A DNA stretch of 64,000 nt from Heteronotia binoei. Taxonomy: Eukaryota. The notes beneath the pieces were generated by a model, which was not told the origin of the DNA, did not search any database, and worked only from the letters and a program-made list of their open reading frames with translations. The first letter of the stretch is position 1. Each line of letters starts with the position of its first letter. Below, piece by piece: positions 57,660 through 64,000 of this stretch. A program made the position numbers and the translations under genes. Where the stretch lies: the NCBI RefSeq assembly GCF_032191835.1, contig NC_083223.1, forward strand, positions 221,712,001 to 221,776,000, read 5' to 3'.

Positions 57660-58560
57660 TCTCATACAGTGGTCTCATACAGGCACCATCAGGAGATCCA
57701 CCAGCAGGGCCAGAGCTCCAAAAGCCCTCCCATTATTGCCCACCAAGCACCAAAAATACAGAGCATCACTGCCCCAGACACAGTGTTCTATCTATATCTT
57801 ATGGCTAATAGCCACTCATGGACCTCTACTCCACATGCTTATCTTACCCCTTCCCGAAAGTGTCCAGAACTATACACAGTATTCCAAATAAGGCTGCACC
57901 ACAGATTCATACAGGGGCATTATGATACCAGTTGATTTGTTTTCGATCCTCTTCTAATAATCCTCAGCATAGAATGTACCGGGTTTTTTTATTGCAGTCA
58001 CACACTGAGTTGACATCTCCCGTCTACTATGACTCCAATATCTCTCTCCTGATCTATTACCGCTATCAACATATATTTATAGTTCGGATGTTTGGCTCCA
58101 ATGTGCATTTCTTTGCACTTGCCCATATTGAATCTCATTTGCCATGTTGCTAATTTGTCCAGCCTTGACAGATCCCTCTGGAGCACCTTACTGTCCTCCC
58201 TGATCCTCACCTATTCATACCTTTCCTAACCTGCGGTATACATTTTATCTGAGCTTCCAATATTGTAGATTTAAATAGTCTCCAAATCTCCAAGGGACTT
58301 GACTCTCCTTATCTTTTCTTTCAGTTTCTTCTTCACAAGCCCCCTCAGTTGAGAGAACTTATGCCTTCTAAAGTTAAATGTGGTTTGGTTGGTCTTTTTC
58401 GGCAACTCACTATTTACATAAATGTTAAACTTAACAGCATTATGATTACTGTTCCCAATCAGTGTTATCACATCGATATCTCTCATCAGGTCTTGAGCAT
58501 TACTTAGGACCAAGTCTAGGATCCGTAGGTTCTGTGACCATCTGCTGCATGGCACAGTCA
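57660..58560 (-). mobile_element. CR1 remnant with large internal deletions
   Basis: EN-end motif LDLVLSN...SNHNAVKF, linker, RT C-terminus WQMRFN.GKCK and 3' UTR all within about 900 bp. Confidence 0.75.
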
Positions 58561-58610
58561 TTTGTTGTTCATTTCTGCACGATGTGAGTTAAGAAAAAGT
58601 AGGTTGCCAT

Positions 58611-59361
58611 CAGGCCTGTAGCCAGAAAAATTTGGGTGGAGGGGCCCGGGAGCTGAAAAATTTGGTGGGGTGGGGGTCCGTGGGTGTTGCCCTCTTGCTC
58701 TCCCGCTTTCTGTCTCTTTGCCACTGTCTGTCCCCCTCTCTCTTACGCTGCCATTCTACTGCTCTCTCACTCTGATCCCGTCTTTTGGACTGATGTTCTC
58801 TCTCTCTCTCTCTCTTGCTCTGCCACTGTCCCCCTGTATTTCACGCTGCCATTCTCTCTCTCACTCGGCCGCTCTCTCACTCTGTCCCCCTGTCTCTCTC
58901 ATTCTCTCTCTTACTCTGTCCCCGTCTTTCGTGCTGGCTCTCTCTCTCAAGGAGCCCCACCCCTGCTGGCCTTTTCCACAGTGCGGGAAAGGCCAGCAGG
59001 CCTGGATGGCCCCATTTGCACTGGATGGTCCTGTTTGCACCGAGGGCTCCTCGTGAGGAGCCTTTGGTGCAAACTTCACCCCCCCCCCGGACTTTCCCGT
59101 GGTGTGAAAAAGGCCAGCGGGGTGGATGGCCCCGTTTGCACTGATGGCTCCTTAAGAGGAGTCCTTGATGCAAACTTCCCCCGCGCTGGGCTTTCCTGTG
59201 GTGCAGGAAAAGCCAGCGGGGGTGGATGGCCCCGTTTGCTCTGAGGGCTGATGAGCCCTTGGTGCAAACTCCACCCCCCAGGCTTTCCAACGGAGGGGTC
59301 CTACAGGGGGAAAGGGGATTTTAATAGAGGGGTCTGCCCCCCCCCCCATGGCTAGGGCCTG
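58611..59361. mobile_element. hAT MITE with 8-bp TSD, CT-rich tract and about 100-bp internal repeats
   Basis: GTTGCCAT at 58603-58610 and 59362-59369; CAGGCCTGTAGCC / GGCTAGGGCCTG termini. Confidence 0.88.
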
Positions 59362-59784
59362 GTTGCCATGCAAAATGTAGAAATACAAGATGAAAGCTGC
59401 TTCTGGGGGATAGTGGTAAACTATCTCAAGGAAGATGATAGGAGAATCAGCTAGATTTAGCAACCACTGCTGAGGGTAACTGTAGGAAAGGGGCCAACCA
59501 TGTTTGCTTGTGGCCACTGCCAACATGCAGCAAAGACAGAATGGCATTAAGAGCACTATTCAAATGTGCTCCTGATCAGGCCAGCTGTTCCAGGCCTGCA
59601 GGTGGGAGAGGAGCTTGGGGAGAGTTCTAATCTGGTCTCACTGGGTAATGTTGATATGGACCAACTGAAAAGGGATGAGTATGAATGTGACTTTGACCGG
59701 ACGTAAAACTGAGGCCTGAAAAAGGATTTTATATTAATTCAAAATACTTTTTTGTGGGCATGGGAAAAAGGGGAGCCATCAGGC

Positions 59785-60684
59785 AGGGCTGGATTTAGAT
59801 GAAGAGAGGCCCTAGGCTACTCCACTTGTGAGGGCCCTCCCAATCCCCCACCCTCACAACTAGAAGAAAATGGAAGTGATATAAACAAAATTGAGTGAAG
59901 TCAAGGATGATGACGGGTATTTAAAATTCTGCAATTCACAATTTCTCCTCTAAAGGACATAAGATGTTATTGTTAAATACCATAGTGATTAAATGTTAAA
60001 ATTAACACTGAAAAACTTTTGCAATAACTGAACTTTGTAAACCTTTTGTGGAATAAGCATTACTTTTTAGAAAAATGAAGTTGCAATGTTATTCTTAAAA
60101 AAATAAAACCTTCAGTTTACAAATTATATTGCCTGGGAAGTTTAAATAATATGATTATGATTACCTGAGAGTGTGGCACTTTTAGAATCTATGCACCTGA
60201 GCATAAGACGCACCTAGTTTTTAGAGCTGTTTGTGTGAATTTAGAGGCATTTGTGTGAATTTTTTGCAGTATTCGCTCCTTAAGACGCACACACTTTTCC
60301 CTCCACATTTTTTTGGGGAAAAAGTGAGTCTTATGGTGCAAAAAATACGGTACTTTATGTCATTAAACAGTCAATTTAAAAATACATATTAAGAAGTAAA
60401 CTACAACCATCAAATACAGTAAGAAATAAAAAAAAATGTTTTTTTCTAGCCTTCCTCATAGCAAAATCATCCAAAACTTCAACAAAAATTTGTTTGTCTA
60501 AGTTTGTCACTTTCAATGTACAGAATGCTCAGTGCAGACAACCTCTCCTGAGACATCGTGGCCCTTAATTAATTTTTAATTATTTTAAGTCTTGAAAAAC
60601 TCCTCTCTCCTGAGCAGTTAATGACCATAAAGCTAAGAAATAGCAGCAAGATTGCTTCCACATTAGGAAAGGCCATCTGAATTT
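59785..60684 (-). pseudogene. hAT transposon end with a decayed transposase C-terminal dimerisation domain
   Basis: IQMAFPNVEAILLLFLSFMVINCSGERSFSRLKIIKN*LRATMSQERLSALSILYIES at about 60500-60684; TIR-like CAGGGCTGGATTTA at 59785. Confidence 0.85.
60190..60352. mobile_element. Tc1/mariner (pogo/Tigger-like) MITE nested in the hAT remnant
   Basis: Right end reads TACCGTATTTTTTGCACCATAAGAC on the minus strand; internal ATAAGACGCAC repeats. Confidence 0.6.
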
Positions 60685-63365
60685 TTTGCATGGAGCACCA
60701 GCTCACCATCACCAACGCTATCTTCCAGCAGAAGAACAGTCTGAAGACAACCTGGATGCACCCACGGTCCAAGCATTGGCACCTTATCGACTACATTCTG
60801 GTGCGCCAGAGAGACCTTCGAGATGTCTTACACACCCGAGTAATGCCCAGCGCAGAATGTCATACGGATCATCGTCTTGTACGCTGCAATCTCCGTCTTC
60901 ACTTTAAACCCACACCCAGGAGAGGAGGTATCCCTCGGAGGAAATTTCAGGTTGGCAGCCTTCAGTCAGCCGAAGTTAAAGCTGCCTTCCAGGCAAAACT
61001 CCAGTCAAGAATTGAGGACCCCAGTTGCCCCACAGACCCTTCTTCAGAAGCACTCTGGGAACACCTAAAAACTACCGTCCTGCAGATTTCTGAAGAAGTC
61101 CTCGGGTTCTCCACAAGGAAGAACAAGGACTGGTTTGATGAGAACAATCAAGAGATCCAAGAATTACTGGCAAAAAAGAGATCTGCCTACCAAGCACATC
61201 TTGCTCAGCCCTCCTGTCCTGGGAAAAAAGCAACCTTTCGCGCTGCATGTAGCAACCTCCAGCGCAAGCTTCGAGACATTCAGAACGAGTGGTGGACCAA
61301 GCTTGCAGAGAGAACCCAGCTGTGTGCAGACACTGGTGATTTAAGAGGGTTCTACGAAGCCCTGAAGGCAGTATATGGTCCATCATATCAGGCTCAGAGT
61401 CCCTTGCATAGTGCAGACGGCCAAGTGCTCCTCACAGACAAGGCATCCATACTGAACCGGTGGTCGGAGTATTTTCAGGTTCTCTTCAGTGCCAACCGCG
61501 TAGTTCAAGATTCAGCAATCCACCTCACCCCACTTCAACCGGTGAAAACAGAGTTGGATGAGATCCCCACCCTAGAAGAGACTGTTAAAGCTATCAAGCA
61601 ACTGAAAAGTGGCAAGGCAGCGGGAGTTGATGGAATTCCACCAGAGATCTGGAAGCATGGGGGCACAGTACTACATAGCTCACTTCACAAAGTACTTGTC
61701 ACCTGCTGGGAACAAGGCAAATTACCACAGGACTTTCGCGATGCAATCATCATCACCCTATACAAGAACAAAGGGGAAAAGTCAGACTGCTCCAACTACC
61801 GGGGGATAACCCTGCTCTCCATCGCAGGCAAAATCCTTGCCAGAATACTCCTGAACAGACTGGTGCCCGCCATTGCAGAAGAACTCCTCCCAGAGAGCCA
61901 GTGCGGCTTCAGAGCTAACAGGAGCACCACCGACATGGTATTTGTTCTCAGGCAGCTCCAAGAGAAATGCAGGGAACAGAACAAGGCTCTGTATGTGACT
62001 TTTGTCGACCTTACCAAAGCTTTCGATACCATTAGCAGGAAAGGCCTGTGGCAAATCTTGGAACGTTTAGGATGTCCCCCAAGGTTCCTCAGCATGGTCA
62101 TCCAGCTACACGAAGACCAGCGAGGCCAAGTCAGACACTGCAACGACCTCTCGGAGCCCTTCCCAATAGGCACAGGTGTAAAGCAAGGCTGCGTTCTCGC
62201 GCCAACTCTCTTTACGATCTTCTTTAGCATGATGCTTCAAAGAGCCGCAGTAGATCTAGATGATGACGATGGTGTCTACATCCGCTATCGCACCGATGGC
62301 AGCCTGTTCAACCTGAGGCGACTAAAGGCACACTCCAAGACAATGGAAAAACTCATCCGAGAGCTACTGTTTGCTGATGATGCTGCACTCGTCTCCCACT
62401 CGGTATCAGCTCTGCAGCATATGACGCCCTGCTTTGCAGAGGCTGCCAAGCTATTCGGCCTAGAAGTTAGTCTGAAGAAGACAGAAGTTCTCCACCAGCC
62501 TGCACCCCAGGAAGATTATCACCCTCCCTGCATCACTGTGGGTGAATCAGTTCTGAAGACAGTCCAGCAGTTCAGCTACCTGGGGTGCATCATCTCCTCA
62601 GATGCCAAGATCGACAAGGAGATTGACAACAGGCTGGCAAAGGCAAACCGTGCATTTGGCCGACTGCACAAAAGAGTGTGGAGCAACAAGCATCTGAAAA
62701 AAGGCACAAAGATCAATGTTTACAAAGCGGTTGTGATGACAACCCTCATCTACGGCTCCGAATCATGGGTTTTATACCGTCATCACCTGCGACTCCTTGA
62801 GCGCTTTCATCAGTGCTGCCTTCGCACCATCCTCAATATCCACTGGAGTGACTTTGTGACCAACACTGAAGTCCTCAAGAGGGCGGAGGTTACCAGTATC
62901 GAGGCACTGCTGTTGAAGACGCAGCTGCACTGGGCAGGGCATATTTCTAGGATGGAAAACCACCGCCTTCCCAAGATTGCCCTGTATGGCGAACTCTCCA
63001 CCGGCCATCGAAATAGAGGGGCACCAAAGAAGAGGTACAAGGACTCCTTGAAGAAATCCCTTAGCACCTGTCACATCAACCATCACCAGTGGTCTGACCT
63101 AGCCTCAGATCGCAAAGCATGGAGGCACACCATCCACCAGGCTGTCTCTTCCTTTGAGAACGCATGCATAGCTGGTCTTGAGGACAAAAGGAGATTGAGG
63201 AAGAATCGCACTGCTACAGAACCAACCCTAAATCAGACTTTTCCCTGCAGCCGCTGTGGCCGGACCTGCCTGTCCCACATTAGTCTTGTCAGCCACCAGC
63301 GAGCCTGCAGCAAACGTGGACTATTGCACCCTTCTTAAATCTTCGTTCGCGAAGCCAAGCCGAGA
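60685..63365 (+). mobile_element. RTE-clade LINE, 5'-truncated, with an uninterrupted 882-aa frame (partial APE endonuclease, RT, C-terminal Cys/His motif)
   Basis: TTWMHPRSKHWHLIDY, QCGFR, FVDLTKAFD, GVKQGCVLAP, LFADD, F.YLG and CSRC...H..C motifs; GAATTT at 60679-60684 and 63366-63371. Confidence 0.93.
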
Positions 63366-63388
63366 GAATTTGATAAAGGTCTGTATGA

Positions 63389-64000
63389 ATCATAGAGTTG
63401 GAAGGGATCTCCAAGGTCATCTAGTCCAACTCCCTGCACAATGCAGGAAACTTACAAACACCTCCTCCTAAATTCACAGGATCTTCCATGCTGTCAGATG
63501 GCCATCTATCCTCTGTTTAAAAACCTCCAAGGAAGGAGAGCCCATCACCTTCCAAGGAAGCCTGTTCTACTGAGAAACTGTTCTAACGGTCAGGAAGTTC
63601 TTCCTAATATTGAGCTGGAAACTCTTTTGATTTAATTTCAACCCATTGGTTCTGGTCCTACCTTCTGGGGCCACAGAAAACAATTCCACACCACCCTCTA
63701 TATGACAGCCCTTCCAGTACCTGAAGATGGTAATCATATCACCTCTCAGCTGCCTCCTCTCCAGGCTAAAATGCCCAGCTCCTTCATCCTTTCTTCATAG
63801 GACTTGGTCTCCATACTCCTCCTCTGGACCCGTTTTAGCTTGTCAATATCCTTTGTAAAATGTGGTGCCCAAAACTGAACAAATACCCCACGTGAGGGCT
63901 TACCAGAGCAGAATAAAGCAATACCATCACTTCACGTGATCTAGACACTATACTTATGTTGATACAGCCCAAAACTGCATTTGACTTTTAAGCCACCACA
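63389..64000 (-). mobile_element. CR1 3' portion, runs off the window edge
   Basis: AATCATAGAGTTGGAAGGGA...GTCATCTAGTCCAAC reverse 3' end, then degenerate ORF2 tail. Confidence 0.85.

Noticed and set aside
58950-59290. CRISPR-like look of the palindromic repeat array
   Set aside because: Eukaryotic context, no unique spacers, enclosed by hAT TIRs and a TSD.
58670-59556. Overlapping ORFs up to 186 aa
   Set aside because: They fall in the CT-rich tract and tandem repeats of the hAT MITE.

Overview
Vertebrate genomic DNA, most likely a squamate (gecko-like repeat landscape: CR1, L2, BovB, Sauria SINE, tRNA SINEs, hAT MITEs), with one assembly gap (55216-55384). The main gene is kinesin light chain 4 (KLC4) on the minus strand. 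I traced 15 coding exons (37058 to 5768) by hand: all are GT-AG, the phases are consistent, and the long isoform is 1911 nt / 636 aa. The most interesting genic signal is the 13-kb intron 7010-20092. It lies between two alternative donors 27 nt apart and the constitutive long-tail exons, and it holds a candidate Ala-stop terminal exon plus several other short-tail candidates, resembling the variable-tail architecture known for KLC1. CpG-rich promoter-like regions at about 3.2-3.75 kb and 52.7-53.4 kb belong to neighbouring genes I cannot name. The right end is a nested transposon stack: a young RTE LINE with an 882-aa open frame inserted into a hAT transposase remnant, next to a hAT MITE carrying a hairpin array. 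There is also a Copia RNase H/LTR relic and a near-perfect 26-bp intronic hairpin. No searches could be run; family and paralog names come from recalled motifs, and repeat boundaries are approximate unless a TSD is quoted.
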